From positions 160,001-224,000 of the forward strand of contig JAWLHY010000010.1 of NCBI GenBank assembly GCA_041690135.1: DNA of 64,000 nt, given 5' to 3'. A program made the position numbers and the translations under genes. This document shows positions 48,491-58,186 of the stretch, piece by piece. This stretch comes from Armatimonadota bacterium (GTDB lineage Bacteria; Armatimonadota; SYMT01). Each line of letters starts with the position of its first letter. Positions within the stretch are counted from its first letter, which is position 1. The notes below the pieces were generated by a model that saw only the letters and a program-made list of their open reading frames with translations, did not search any database and was not told the DNA's origin.

Positions 48491-49669
48491 ATGGAACGTT
48501 CAACCCCCGAAGGCCGCTGGATTCGACAACTAGACGTGCTGCGGGCCGTCGGCTGTCTGCTGGTGCTCGCGCAGCATATTGTGTGGGCGACCGCCGAGGC
48601 CGCCGTGGCCGCGGAAGCACGTACATGGTGGCTGGCGTGGTCGCAATTCTTGCTTCTAGGCGGGCCGCTCTTCTTTTTCGCCAGCGGCGTGCTCTGTTTT
48701 CTGAAATACCCCGAAGGAAAGCCGCTCGGAACCTTCTGGAGAAAGCGGCTGCTCTATCTGGGAGTGCCCTACGCTCTCTGGAGCGTGATTTACCTGTTGC
48801 TGGAGAGCACTTATCTGCGACAGATGAATCCGGGAGAGGCGGCCGAAACGTTGGGGATCTACCTCGTTTTTGGGGTCCGGCACCTGCAGTTCGTCAGTGC
48901 GCTCTTCCAGTTCTACCTGATTTACCCCGTGCTTCGCTGGGTTTGGAATCGCGCCGACCGCTGGGTGCTCATCCTGTCGGCGTTCCTGGTGGGGATCGCG
49001 TGGAACGACGGTGTTCCGCGCCTCATCCCGGAACACCTGATCCAGACGGGCTACTCACCGCATGGGGGGGTGGTGCTGGCCTGGTTGCCGTTCCTGGCAC
49101 TGGGTGCCTGGGCCGCCGAACACTTTGAGCGTCTGGACGACCTGGTGCCCCAGCCGCGGTGGATGTACACCGCGTCCGCATTCTTGCTCACGGCATCCGC
49201 AATACTTGTCTACGGACGCTCCCTGCCGGGCACGACTAACGCGGTGGTGTACGCGGGTGCCGCGCGCCCGGCGGTGATGATTGCCGCGGCCCTCTGGCTC
49301 CCTTTCGTGCTACGCCTGAGCTGGATGGCCGCCGGTGGACCGCTGGCGAGCCTGTTAAGGGAGGTGGGGCGCTACTCTCCCGCGATTTTCTTCGTCCACC
49401 CCCTGACGCTTGCCTCCGTGAGCTGGATCGCCCGCGGGCAGGCGAACCCCTGGCCTGCGCTGGTACTGTTTGCAGCGGCGGCGGTGTTCGGCACCAGCCT
49501 GATCGTGGGGCATATGATGCGGTCGGCACCCGGAATACTGCTGACCGGGATGGGACGCCGCTGCGAACGCCTGCGCTCGCGGTCCGCACGACTGGAACGC
49601 CGGGTTGCTTCCGTGATCGAGGATGAGGAGGAAGCGGCGCCGGAGCGACGGGTTAGCCTCGGGCGGTAA
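48491..49669 (+). CDS. Acyltransferase-3 (OafA-like) membrane O-acyltransferase
   Basis: LDVLRAV..LVL..H, PLFFFASG, FWRKRL, PYALWS, QFYLIYP, S.AIFFVHP; multi-TM. Confidence 0.88.
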   Translation: MERSTPEGRWIRQLDVLRAVGCLLVLAQHIVWATAEAAVAAEARTWWLAWSQFLLLGGPLFFFASGVLCFLKYPEGKPLGTFWRKRLLYLGVPYALWSVIYLLLESTYLRQMNPGEAAETLGIYLVFGVRHLQFVSALFQFYLIYPVLRWVWNRADRWVLILSAFLVGIAWNDGVPRLIPEHLIQTGYSPHGGVVLAWLPFLALGAWAAEHFERLDDLVPQPRWMYTASAFLLTASAILVYGRSLPGTTNAVVYAGAARPAVMIAAALWLPFVLRLSWMAAGGPLASLLREVGRYSPAIFFVHPLTLASVSWIARGQANPWPALVLFAAAAVFGTSLIVGHMMRSAPGILLTGMGRRCERLRSRSARLERRVASVIEDEEEAAPERRVSLGR

Positions 49670-49675
49670 ACCCTC

Positions 49676-49716
49676 GAGTAGCCACGGACGGGCGGGGGCC
49701 CCATCCGTGGCTACTC
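49676..49716. repeat. Palindromic hairpin (REP-like / terminator) between convergent genes
   Basis: GAGTAGCCACGGA...TCCGTGGCTACTC. Confidence 0.65.
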
Positions 49717-49719
49717 CGA

Positions 49720-51066
49720 CTAGCGCTTCTCGTCACCTTTGCCCGCGGCATCACCGTCCGGCAGTGCTTGTGGAAGTGCACTGCTATCCGCAGGCTGTGG
49801 TGCCTTGAAGTCCGGAGACTTGCTCTCAGCCGGCTTGTTGGGCGTCGGCTTCAAGTCCGGCAACTGGGAGGGAGCTCCATCCGACCGCGACGGTTTTCCG
49901 GCTGGCGGTTTCGCCGGCGCGCCTTTGGCCGCGATGGACATGGATGGCTTCTCGTCTCTCCCCTTCTCATCCCGCTTTGCTGGTTCTACCTGCGCTCGGG
50001 TAACGAACGAGGCGGTGGACACGGCCCACTGGTGTTTTTGCCACGCGATGGGATCCGATGGCCCCGCTACGCCGGGGGCGTATTGGACCACTGCGGCCCA
50101 GGCCGGCCCGGGCTGCAGTCCCCCGGATGCACCGGCCGGCATGGCCAAGCTCATCGGTGCGCCTTTCAGCGCCGCGGCAACATCCTCGCCGTTGGGCGGG
50201 TTGACGGTCGCCAGAGCGACGAGATACTCCGCGCCCGGTTGTGTGCCCGCACGGAGCACGCAGGCCACCCGTTGCGCGGGCCGCACGGACCGAAACACCG
50301 TGGACACCTTGCCGGCGGCGTCAATCCGCAGGAGCACGAAGTAACCCGCCGCGGAGGCATTCATCCGCACCGCCACAATTCCCCCCGCGGCGCGAGGTTC
50401 GGATGCGTCGCCCAGTTCCAGGTTGACCGAAATCGGCTTCTCCGCAGTCGTTTCGGCAGCCCGCGCAACGCGGTCTCGGACCTCCAGCGTGGGATTGGCC
50501 TTCTGTGAGACAGCCAGAACTGCCGCATCCGGGATGACCGAACTGCTATCGGCCCCCTTCTGACCCGCTACACCTTTCGGCGTCGACGGTACGGAAGCCA
50601 TCGCCGGGGTATCCGTGGAGCGGGTACGGGGCTCCACGCCGACGGGAAGACTCAAGTTCGGCAGCATGGGAAGCGGGTTCCGGTTCCAGGAGGGACCAAC
50701 CACCGGCCCACTGGGAGCAAGTTCCACGCTCAGGGGTCCTTGTACGGGCCCGATCGGACCCAGGCCTCCAGGCAACTTCCGTGGCTTGCCGGAGACACCC
50801 CCCGCCACCGCTTGGGCCGCCGACCGGGCGAGCAGCACCTCTGCCGGCACTGGCGGGCCGTAGATCCTGGGTCGCTCGGGGGCCGGTGGTCCGTAAACCA
50901 CCGGAGCAGTGGAGCGGACTTCGGTAGGCTGGCTCGGCAGGTGGAGAGGCTGGTTCCCCACGGCCAGGGCAGCCGCCCCGCCAAGCCCCAGCAGCGCCGG
51001 CGCCCAGCGTAAAGGCGATCCACTACGTCCGTTGCCGGCGTCCTTGCGGTTTCTATCTTGGGCCAT
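49720..51066 (-). CDS. Pro/Ala-rich membrane-anchored hypothetical protein
   Basis: N-terminal TM, YGPP twice, long low-complexity region, central beta domain (AGYFVLLRIDAAGKVSTVF, G.EYLVALAT) reminiscent of DUF4384. Confidence 0.65.
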   Translation of the reverse strand: MAQDRNRKDAGNGRSGSPLRWAPALLGLGGAAALAVGNQPLHLPSQPTEVRSTAPVVYGPPAPERPRIYGPPVPAEVLLARSAAQAVAGGVSGKPRKLPGGLGPIGPVQGPLSVELAPSGPVVGPSWNRNPLPMLPNLSLPVGVEPRTRSTDTPAMASVPSTPKGVAGQKGADSSSVIPDAAVLAVSQKANPTLEVRDRVARAAETTAEKPISVNLELGDASEPRAAGGIVAVRMNASAAGYFVLLRIDAAGKVSTVFRSVRPAQRVACVLRAGTQPGAEYLVALATVNPPNGEDVAAALKGAPMSLAMPAGASGGLQPGPAWAAVVQYAPGVAGPSDPIAWQKHQWAVSTASFVTRAQVEPAKRDEKGRDEKPSMSIAAKGAPAKPPAGKPSRSDGAPSQLPDLKPTPNKPAESKSPDFKAPQPADSSALPQALPDGDAAGKGDEKR

Positions 51067-51264
51067 CCGGATGATGCCTCCCAACAACAAAGCGGGTAGC
51101 GCGGTAAGAAGTCGATCCTTGAGATCGTACCCTGCTGACGGCAAAAGGTTCACCCAACCGGTAAATGCCCGAGATACCCGGGAACTTTGACCCGGCGCGA
51201 ACCTTTCCGGTTCCAGGTGGGCGCACCCCGCATTGTACCCGGAGACGATGAGCTTTGAAACGGC

Positions 51265-52530
51265 TCAGGACACTTCGGCGATGGCGCGCAGCAAAGTGGC
51301 CGCATCTTCGAGCGTGTTGTAGTGAGCGAAACTGGCGCGCGTCAGGGATTCGCGCCCCAGTCCTCTCAAGATGGCGCCGGAATAGTGGTTTCCGGCCGCG
51401 ACCTGAAGCCCGGCAACTTCCCACAGACGGCGTTCCAGATTTCCTGGCGAGAGTCCGGCTGCCTCGAAGGCGAAAGTCGGCACGCGCTCCGCCACCCGGT
51501 CCGGATCGGCCACCCCGAACAGGGTCACCCGATCGATCTCCCGTAGCCCCTGCAACACCTGTCGAGAAAGCTCTGCCTCGTACACCAAAATAGCCGAAAG
51601 TGCGACCTTGAAGCGCCGCCGCCGCCGTGGGTACTCGACCAACTGTCCCACCGCTTGCGGTTCCAACCGCTCCCCCAGCCGCTCCAGATATTCCAGGGCG
51701 GCTCGGGTGCCCGACACGGCCACGTTATCGAGACTCCCCCACTCCAGCAGCGTTTCCGGGTCGCCATGGGGGTCCACCCGGTACGGCGCCAGCAGACCGG
51801 ACAATCGCGGGTTCATCCAGAGGACACCGCCCATCGGACCGAAGAGCTTATAAGTGGAAAAGACAAGGGCGTCCGCCCCCAGTGCCTGAACGTCGATCGC
51901 GACATGGGGCGCGCCGTGGACCGCATCGATCACCACGACCGCTTCCGGCGCTCGCTCGCGGACGATCCGCACCGCCCCGCGAGCGTCGAGCAGGGTTCCG
52001 AGTCCGTTGCTCGCGAGGGTGAACGCCACGACGCGGGTGGTGGGTTCTACGCGGCGCGCCAGGTCCTCGAGATCCAGGTGCCCGTCGGACGCCATCCGTA
52101 CGCGCCGGACTTCCCAGCGCGCTCTCCACTCCCACGGGCTGATGTTGGCGAAGTGGTCGCAATCGGTGACCACCACGTTATCGCCGGCATCCCACCGGGG
52201 CTCCAGGGCCTCGCGCAGCTTGTAAAGGCAGGCGGTAGCCGACTCGGAGAAGTAGAGCGCATCCCCCTCGGCGGCGTTCAGGAAATCGGCCAGGAGCGCC
52301 CGGGTCCGGCGGTGTTCCGCCAGCGTTTCCGGTCCCGCGGGCCAGGTCCGGGAGGGCTGGGGGTTGGCCCACAGGGCCGCTTCCGCCATGGCATCGGCGA
52401 CACTCTGCGGCACGAGGGTTCCGGCCGCGTTGTCGAGATAGATCCGCCAGCGGCCGTCCCGGAGGTGATCCACCTGTGGGAACTGGCTGCGGATCCAGGG
52501 AAGGAGACGGACGAAGGGGCTTTCAGGCAT
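51265..52530 (-). CDS. Aminotransferase class V, cysteine desulfurase-like protein
   Basis: YLDNAAGT, DH.ANI.PW, ASNGLGT, IDAVH.APH, STYKLFGP, RVPTFAF, RAS.AHYNT; no SufS-type catalytic Cys (GNHYS). Confidence 0.88.
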   Translation of the reverse strand: MPESPFVRLLPWIRSQFPQVDHLRDGRWRIYLDNAAGTLVPQSVADAMAEAALWANPQPSRTWPAGPETLAEHRRTRALLADFLNAAEGDALYFSESATACLYKLREALEPRWDAGDNVVVTDCDHFANISPWEWRARWEVRRVRMASDGHLDLEDLARRVEPTTRVVAFTLASNGLGTLLDARGAVRIVRERAPEAVVVIDAVHGAPHVAIDVQALGADALVFSTYKLFGPMGGVLWMNPRLSGLLAPYRVDPHGDPETLLEWGSLDNVAVSGTRAALEYLERLGERLEPQAVGQLVEYPRRRRRFKVALSAILVYEAELSRQVLQGLREIDRVTLFGVADPDRVAERVPTFAFEAAGLSPGNLERRLWEVAGLQVAAGNHYSGAILRGLGRESLTRASFAHYNTLEDAATLLRAIAEVS

Positions 52531-52558
52531 TGGGCATTCAGGCTTTCAGGAAAACGAT

Positions 52559-52588
52559 CCGCGAATTGGGCGAACGGAGCGAATTGGG
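52559..52588. repeat. 9-bp-period tandem repeat
   Basis: GCGAATTGG GCGAACGGA GCGAATTGG. Confidence 0.55.
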
Positions 52589-53094
52589 AAAAGGGTGCTC
52601 GGGCCCCTCTGCGGGAAGGAATGTGCGGGTAGTCAGGCGTTCAGGCTCCGCTGCAGGAGGTATACGTTAGGCTTTGGTGCCCCTGTAGCTCCATTGCGTG
52701 AGGCGCCCACTGTCACCGAGCACTTTCAATTGGGAGATGGATTTCCCACATAGAGGGGTTCCGCTGTCGCGAGAATTTCTCTGCGGCGGATATAGTTCGC
52801 ACTATCCTGTAACGCCTTCAGGGGCACGAGGCCTACATGGCTTCCCACAATTTCTCCCAGAGGCTCATTCACATAATATCGTCCTTTTGCGACCGAAGCC
52901 TGCCGCACCTGGCTGTGGACGAATGTCTTCGCCAGCGGCTGCCGTTGTCGCACCTCAGGACATCTTTGGCGAAACAAGACTCGCACCGCCACGTATAGGG
53001 TGTGGGTGGCCGAGATCACGATGGAACTTGACCCGGCCCCGGGTCGCCGGTACGATTACCTGACCCATCCCGATTCGTTCGAAAGGCTTTCCGG

Positions 53095-54630
53095 ATGTCC
53101 CTTCCGTTTCGTCCCCTGCTGGCCGGCGCCCTTCTGGCGGCGGTCCCCCTGTTCCATCGCCCCACCGAGGCGCAATCCGTCCGCACCGAAGTCTTCAACC
53201 TGCGCCGCATCGTGGCGGGGCAGATGTGGGGCAGCGGCCAGTGGCTGGCTTTCTCCCAGGATGAAGACCTTAAGGACCTGAATGGCGACGGGGACGCAGA
53301 AGACAGCATCCTCTGCCTGGCGGACACCAAGGCGCTCCGCGTCTATGAGACGGGAATTGCCATCGATCCCGCGCTAATCGATGACGAGGAAGACTGGCCG
53401 GTGGCGATCGAAGGAGACGTTATCGTGGCCCAGATGTCCGAGCTGGATAACGGCAAGAAGGACCTGAACGGCAACGGCTTCGTCGGTGACGACGTGCTGG
53501 TGATGATCAACTCGACAAACCGGCAGGTCACGCCGATTGGCCTCTCCGGCGCCCGGCCCGTTGTGTCGGGGGGCAAAGTCTATTGCGCGCAGGCGGAAGA
53601 AGACGCGAAACGCGATTTGAATGGCGACGGGGACCAGCGAGACAGCGTGCTCGTGGTCTACGATCCGGCCACCCGGAAAGTGGAGAGCCTCGGCATGGAG
53701 TGCTCCGACCAGTTTCAGGTGACGGGCGACTGGATCGCCACCGCCACCTCGGAAGCCGCGCACTTCGGCAGGGATTTGAACGGGGATAACGATGCGGGCG
53801 ACGTCGTTTGCCAGGTCTACCAAATTTCGCAGAAAAAGTGGACCAATACCGCCCTGGAGTGCACCTTCGAGATGGTGCTGACGCCCAAACTGGTTGCGGT
53901 GGGTACCGCCGAGTCGCGCCAGGGCAACAAGGACCTAAACGGCGATAACGACATGGGGGACATCGTCTGCCAGGTCTGGGACCTAGCGCAGGCCCGGGCG
54001 TTCAACACCGGGCGGGACTGCTCCGTGGACCTGTCCGCCGATGGCAACGTGGTGGGCTTCATCTGCGCGGAGAACAACCAGGGTCGCACCGATCTGAATG
54101 GAAACAAGGTACCGGGAGATGAAGTCGCCCAAGCCTACGTACTCGGGGCTTCCGGACCCGTCAACATCGGCCGGGATGCTTCCGGAGGACTGATCACGGC
54201 AGGCGGTAAGATCGCTTTCGCCTGTTCGGAGACGATCCAGGGGAACCGCGACCTCAACAAGGATAAGGATGCCGACGACCTGGTGCTCCTCGTATATGAT
54301 CCGGTGAAGCATGCGGTCGCCAACCTGGGCTACGCCGTCGACGGAGTTCTGGTGGCCGAGGGAGACCTTCTTGCATTTCGGGTGGCGGAGATCGATCAGG
54401 GCGACCGCGACCTTAACCGCGACGGCGATCCCGACGACATGGTCCTCGCCGTCGCCCATCTGCCGACGAACTCCGTATCCATGACCGGCTATGCCGCTTC
54501 GGAGTACCTCCATGTGGCCGACGCCTGGATCAGCTTCGGCGTGCTGGAGATCGACCAGGGCGACCGCGACCTCAACGGGAACGGCAATCCCGACGACGAA
54601 GTTCTGCACCTAGCCCGGGTGAGGCGGTAG
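53095..54630 (+). CDS. Exported repeat protein with nine DLNGDGD-type calcium-binding loops (probable beta-propeller)
   Basis: Signal peptide; nine approx. 52-aa repeats each with D-L-N-x-D/N-x-x-x-x-D flanked by beta strands. Confidence 0.85.
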   Translation: MSLPFRPLLAGALLAAVPLFHRPTEAQSVRTEVFNLRRIVAGQMWGSGQWLAFSQDEDLKDLNGDGDAEDSILCLADTKALRVYETGIAIDPALIDDEEDWPVAIEGDVIVAQMSELDNGKKDLNGNGFVGDDVLVMINSTNRQVTPIGLSGARPVVSGGKVYCAQAEEDAKRDLNGDGDQRDSVLVVYDPATRKVESLGMECSDQFQVTGDWIATATSEAAHFGRDLNGDNDAGDVVCQVYQISQKKWTNTALECTFEMVLTPKLVAVGTAESRQGNKDLNGDNDMGDIVCQVWDLAQARAFNTGRDCSVDLSADGNVVGFICAENNQGRTDLNGNKVPGDEVAQAYVLGASGPVNIGRDASGGLITAGGKIAFACSETIQGNRDLNKDKDADDLVLLVYDPVKHAVANLGYAVDGVLVAEGDLLAFRVAEIDQGDRDLNRDGDPDDMVLAVAHLPTNSVSMTGYAASEYLHVADAWISFGVLEIDQGDRDLNGNGNPDDEVLHLARVRR

Positions 54631-54657
54631 CAGGTACGGATTGACCGTTGGCCCATC

Positions 54658-54816
54658 AGGGTTGAAGGTTAGAAGGTTGAAAGTGGAAGGTTGGAACCCC
54701 GGAGGCCGGTAGCGGGTGCGGTTCGACCGGTGACCGGAGAAGGGCTGAAGGTTCAAAGGTTGAAGTCCCCCTCGCAAGGGACTTCAACCTTCCACTTTCA
54801 ACGTTGAACCTTTAAC
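54658..54816. repeat. Heptamer-based (GTTGAAG) nested inverted repeat
   Basis: 54676-54693 is the exact reverse complement of 54785-54802; 54756-54769 pairs with 54778-54791. Confidence 0.85.
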
Positions 54817-54839
54817 TGCGACCGAAGGTCTCGCCAGGG

Positions 54840-55082
54840 TCAGGGAGATACAAGGTCGCCTTCCAACGGCTCCACGTTTACTCCTCGCTCCTGTAGATAG
54901 CGGATCCCCTCTTCCAGGTTCTGCGGGTCGCCGTCCAGTTCCAGGGCGATCTCGCCGACGGTGTCGGTGACGCGGGCGCGCCGGATGTTCGGCATCACAT
55001 CAAACTGCCGGGCCATCTGAAACAACACCGGTTCCTGGATCAAGTCTTCCGGGTACTTCAACATCACCTTCCGTGTAGCCAT
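54840..55082 (-). CDS. Stand-alone NIL-domain protein
   Basis: LKYPEDLIQEPVLFQMARQFDVMPNIRRARV...GEIALELDG...GIRYLQERGVNVE; GGAGGG RBS. Confidence 0.88.
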   Translation of the reverse strand: MATRKVMLKYPEDLIQEPVLFQMARQFDVMPNIRRARVTDTVGEIALELDGDPQNLEEGIRYLQERGVNVEPLEGDLVSP

Positions 55083-55215
55083 TCTTTCCCCTCCAATCGG
55101 ACCGGGCCGGAGCCCCAGGTGCTTAAACAAACGGGGAATGGAGGCCGCGGTTGCCCCGGCTGCGTCCATTCCCCGTTCCCGTCGCTCTCGTCGGCAGGTC
55201 GCGCCTGCCTGCAAC

Positions 55216-55491
55216 TTAACCCCCGGCGATTGCCGGGATGATGGAGAGTTCGTCTCCGTCTTTAACCGCCGTTTCCTCGTTGTTCTGGAAGCGGATGTCT
55301 TCGTTGTTCACGTAGACGTTCACGAACCGGCGAAGGCGACCGCTGTCGTCGCATAACCGCTCCCGGATGCCCGGGAACTGGCTTTCGAGGCTGGCCACGA
55401 CTTCCGCAATCGTCGTGCCTTCGGCCTTGACTTCAGGGTTCCCGTTCGTGAGTTTCTGCAGCGGGGTGGGGACCAGAACCGTTACCGGCAT
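55216..55491 (-). CDS. MoaD/ThiS/CysO-like ubiquitin-fold sulfur carrier
   Basis: VPTPLQ, LRRFVNVYVNNEDIRF, ends IIPAIAGG. Confidence 0.93.
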   Translation of the reverse strand: MPVTVLVPTPLQKLTNGNPEVKAEGTTIAEVVASLESQFPGIRERLCDDSGRLRRFVNVYVNNEDIRFQNNEETAVKDGDELSIIPAIAGG

Positions 55492-55534
55492 TGCTGAAAG
55501 CTCCTTAACTCGGTGATCGTTTGGAAAAGAGGGA

Positions 55535-56785
55535 TCAGGCCTCGGCGCGGGGCAGGACCCGCTCTTCGAAGCTGGCCAGGGTCGGCGCGATCGTGGTCGG
55601 GGCGCCGATCCGATCCTTGACGGCCTCCAGGGTCTTGAGTCCATTGCCGGTGATGCACACAACCGTGCTCTCGTCCCGGTTGATGCGGCCCTGCTCGATC
55701 AGCTTCTTCGCCACGGCCAGGGTCGTACCGCCCGCCGTTTCGGTCCAGATGCCTTCTGTGGCCGCCAGCAATTGGATTGCTGCGATGATCTCGTCGTTGG
55801 AGGCCATCTCGCCCCAACCGCCGCTATCCCGCACGGCATGAGCAACGTAGGGACCATCCGCCGGGTTTCCGATCCGCAAAGACGTATCGACGCTTTCCGA
55901 AATCGGGCGCGGCTTCACCGGCCGGATGAGATCCGTGCCCTGGTGAATCGCTTGGATGACGGGCGCGCACGCTTCGGCCTGGGCCGCGAACACACGGGTG
56001 CGAACCTCCGGAATGATCTCGAGCTGCTGGAACTCCTGGAACGCCTTCCAGATTTTGGGCAGGATCGTACCGCCGGCCACCGGGCAGACCAGGTTGTCCG
56101 GTGCGCGCCACCCGAGCTGCTCCGCGATCTCGAAGCCATACGTCTTGGCGCCTTCGGTGTAATACGGCCGCATGTTGACGTTGACGAACGCCCACCGGTA
56201 CTTGCTGGCGATTTCGCTGCAGAGGCGGTTGACGTCGTCGTAGTTCCCCTCCACCGCCACCAGGTTGGGCTGGTAGATCAGCGAACCCACGACCTTGCCG
56301 GGCTCGAGATCGTGCGGAATAAAGATGAACCGCTGGAGACCGGCCTTGGCCCCGTGAGCGGAGACGGAATTGGCCAGGTTGCCAGTAGATGCGCAGCCGA
56401 CGGTATCGAAGCCCAGCTCCTTCGCCTTGGAGATCGCGACAGGCACGACCCGGTCCTTGTACGAAAGGGTTGGGAAGTTCACGCCGTCGTTCTTGATCCA
56501 GAGCTCGCGCACGCCCAGCACTCGCGCCAGGTTATCCGCCCGGACCAGGGGGGTGTAACCGGAAAGCAGCCCATCGGTGGGATCGCCGTCCAGGGGAAGG
56601 AGCTCCCGGTAGCGCCAGAGGTTGCGCGGGCGGGACATGATAACGTCCCGCGAGATCAGCCCGGAGATCCGCTCGTAGTCGTAAGCGACTTCCAGCGGCC
56701 CGAAGCAGAACTCGCAGACGTATGTTGCCTCCTTGGCATACTCCCGTCCACACTCCTTGCACTTAAGCCCCAGGACCAATGACAT
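55535..56785 (-). CDS. thrC: Threonine synthase-like PLP enzyme
   Basis: N-terminal CxxC..CxxC, PTLSYKDR, CASTGNLA, GNYDDVNRLC, EGAKT, TETAGG, ITGNGLKT. Confidence 0.88.
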   Translation of the reverse strand: MSLVLGLKCKECGREYAKEATYVCEFCFGPLEVAYDYERISGLISRDVIMSRPRNLWRYRELLPLDGDPTDGLLSGYTPLVRADNLARVLGVRELWIKNDGVNFPTLSYKDRVVPVAISKAKELGFDTVGCASTGNLANSVSAHGAKAGLQRFIFIPHDLEPGKVVGSLIYQPNLVAVEGNYDDVNRLCSEIASKYRWAFVNVNMRPYYTEGAKTYGFEIAEQLGWRAPDNLVCPVAGGTILPKIWKAFQEFQQLEIIPEVRTRVFAAQAEACAPVIQAIHQGTDLIRPVKPRPISESVDTSLRIGNPADGPYVAHAVRDSGGWGEMASNDEIIAAIQLLAATEGIWTETAGGTTLAVAKKLIEQGRINRDESTVVCITGNGLKTLEAVKDRIGAPTTIAPTLASFEERVLPRAEA

Positions 56786-57006
56786 TCACTACCTCCCATC
56801 GACGGAGACCGGCCGGGCCCCCGGTTTGTGCCCCATAACTGTATCAGCCGGGAAGCGATAAGCTCGCCCGGGCAGTCGGTAGGGAAAAGCCGGCACTGCG
56901 GCCATGAGCGGGGCGGGGCGCCCCCTCTGCCGGCCGCGTTTACCAGTCTATCACGATTTGCCGCAGCCACGGTAGGCATTCGGGGGCTATCCGGAAGGGG
57001 GAAATC

Positions 57007-58179
57007 TTGGCAGAAGACCTGCATCTCGAGACCATCTGCGCACAGGCCCGGGAAGACCCTCCCGGGGAGAACCGTCCCCTGGTAGCGCCGATCTACCAAT
57101 CGGCCGTCTGGGCTCTCGACTCCGTCGAACAGTGCGAGGCGGTCTACGGCGCGGAGGTCACTGGTTACATCTACACTCGCGACGCCAACCCGAACCACGC
57201 CGCCCTGGAAGAAACGATCGCTCTGCTGGAAGGGGCCGAGGAGGCCGTGGTGTTCGCCACCGGCATGGCCGCCCTGGCGGGGACCGTCACGGCCCTTTGC
57301 GGGACCGGCGGGAGGATCGTGGCCGCGCGCCAGCTCTACGGTGCCACTTGCCGCTTGCTGGCGCAGGAGGTCGCCCGCTTCGGGGTGGAGACCGCCTGGG
57401 TCGATGGTATGGACCTCGGCGAAGTCGAGGCGGCACTGTCGCCGCAGGCAGACTTACTGCTGGTGGAGACGGTAGCGAACCCCCTAACCCAGGTGGCCGA
57501 CCTCCCGCGTCTCGCGGAGCTGGCCCATGCCCATGGCGCCCGGCTGGTGGTGGACAACACCTTCTGCAGCCCCATCTGCTGCCGCCCGCTCGAGCTCGGA
57601 GCCGACGTCGTGCTGCACAGCGTCACCAAATTCCTGGGCGGGCACAGTGACCTGACCCTGGGAGCCGCGGCCGCCTCGGCGGAGGTGACCGCGGAGCTGC
57701 GGCGCCAGGCCCGCCTCTGGGGCGGCTCCGCCAACCCCTTCGAGAGCTGGCTCGCGCAGCGCGGCATTACCACGCTGCCGCTGCGGATGGAGCGCTCTTG
57801 CGCCAACGCGGCGGAGCTGGCCCGGCGTCTCGAAGCACATCCCCGAGTGCGGCAGGTGTACTACCCGGGCCTTGCCTCGCACCCGCAGCACGAGCTCGCT
57901 TCGCGCATCCTCTCCCACCCCGGCGCCATGCTGGCCTTCGAGGTCGCGGATGGCGAAAGGGCCCGGTCCGTGCTCCGCAATCTTCAACGGGTCCGGTTCG
58001 CCCCCAGCCTGGGCGATGTCGCGACCACGATCTCCTACCCCGTCGCCACCTCGCACCGGGGTCTACCGCCGGAGGAACTGGCACAGATCGGCATCCGCGA
58101 CGGTCTGCTGCGGCTGTCCGTAGGCATCGATCACGTGGAGGACATCTGGCGGGATCTCGACCGGAGCTTGTGTGCGTAG
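57007..58179 (+). CDS. Cys/Met metabolism PLP enzyme (cystathionine gamma-synthase/lyase family)
   Basis: PIYQS, YTRDANPN, ATGMAA, VETVANP, VDNTF, HSVTKFLGGHSD, SLGDV, RLSVGI. Confidence 0.92.
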   Translation: MAEDLHLETICAQAREDPPGENRPLVAPIYQSAVWALDSVEQCEAVYGAEVTGYIYTRDANPNHAALEETIALLEGAEEAVVFATGMAALAGTVTALCGTGGRIVAARQLYGATCRLLAQEVARFGVETAWVDGMDLGEVEAALSPQADLLLVETVANPLTQVADLPRLAELAHAHGARLVVDNTFCSPICCRPLELGADVVLHSVTKFLGGHSDLTLGAAAASAEVTAELRRQARLWGGSANPFESWLAQRGITTLPLRMERSCANAAELARRLEAHPRVRQVYYPGLASHPQHELASRILSHPGAMLAFEVADGERARSVLRNLQRVRFAPSLGDVATTISYPVATSHRGLPPEELAQIGIRDGLLRLSVGIDHVEDIWRDLDRSLCA

Positions 58180-58186
58180 GGGCCTT

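Noticed and set aside
51265-52530. Cysteine desulfurase-like protein lacking the catalytic Cys as a second pseudoenzyme
   Set aside because: Lack of this Cys is normal for this cysteine desulfurase-like subfamily, and the PLP lysine is intact.
52726-53019. 97-aa ORF in the 560-bp divergent gap
   Set aside because: Codon usage unlike neighbouring genes and no recognisable motif.
56786-57006. SAM riboswitch expected upstream of thrC-like or the trans-sulfuration gene
   Set aside because: No SAM-I core (ATC.AGAG, GAGGGA, GCAACC, GTGC) seen on either strand.
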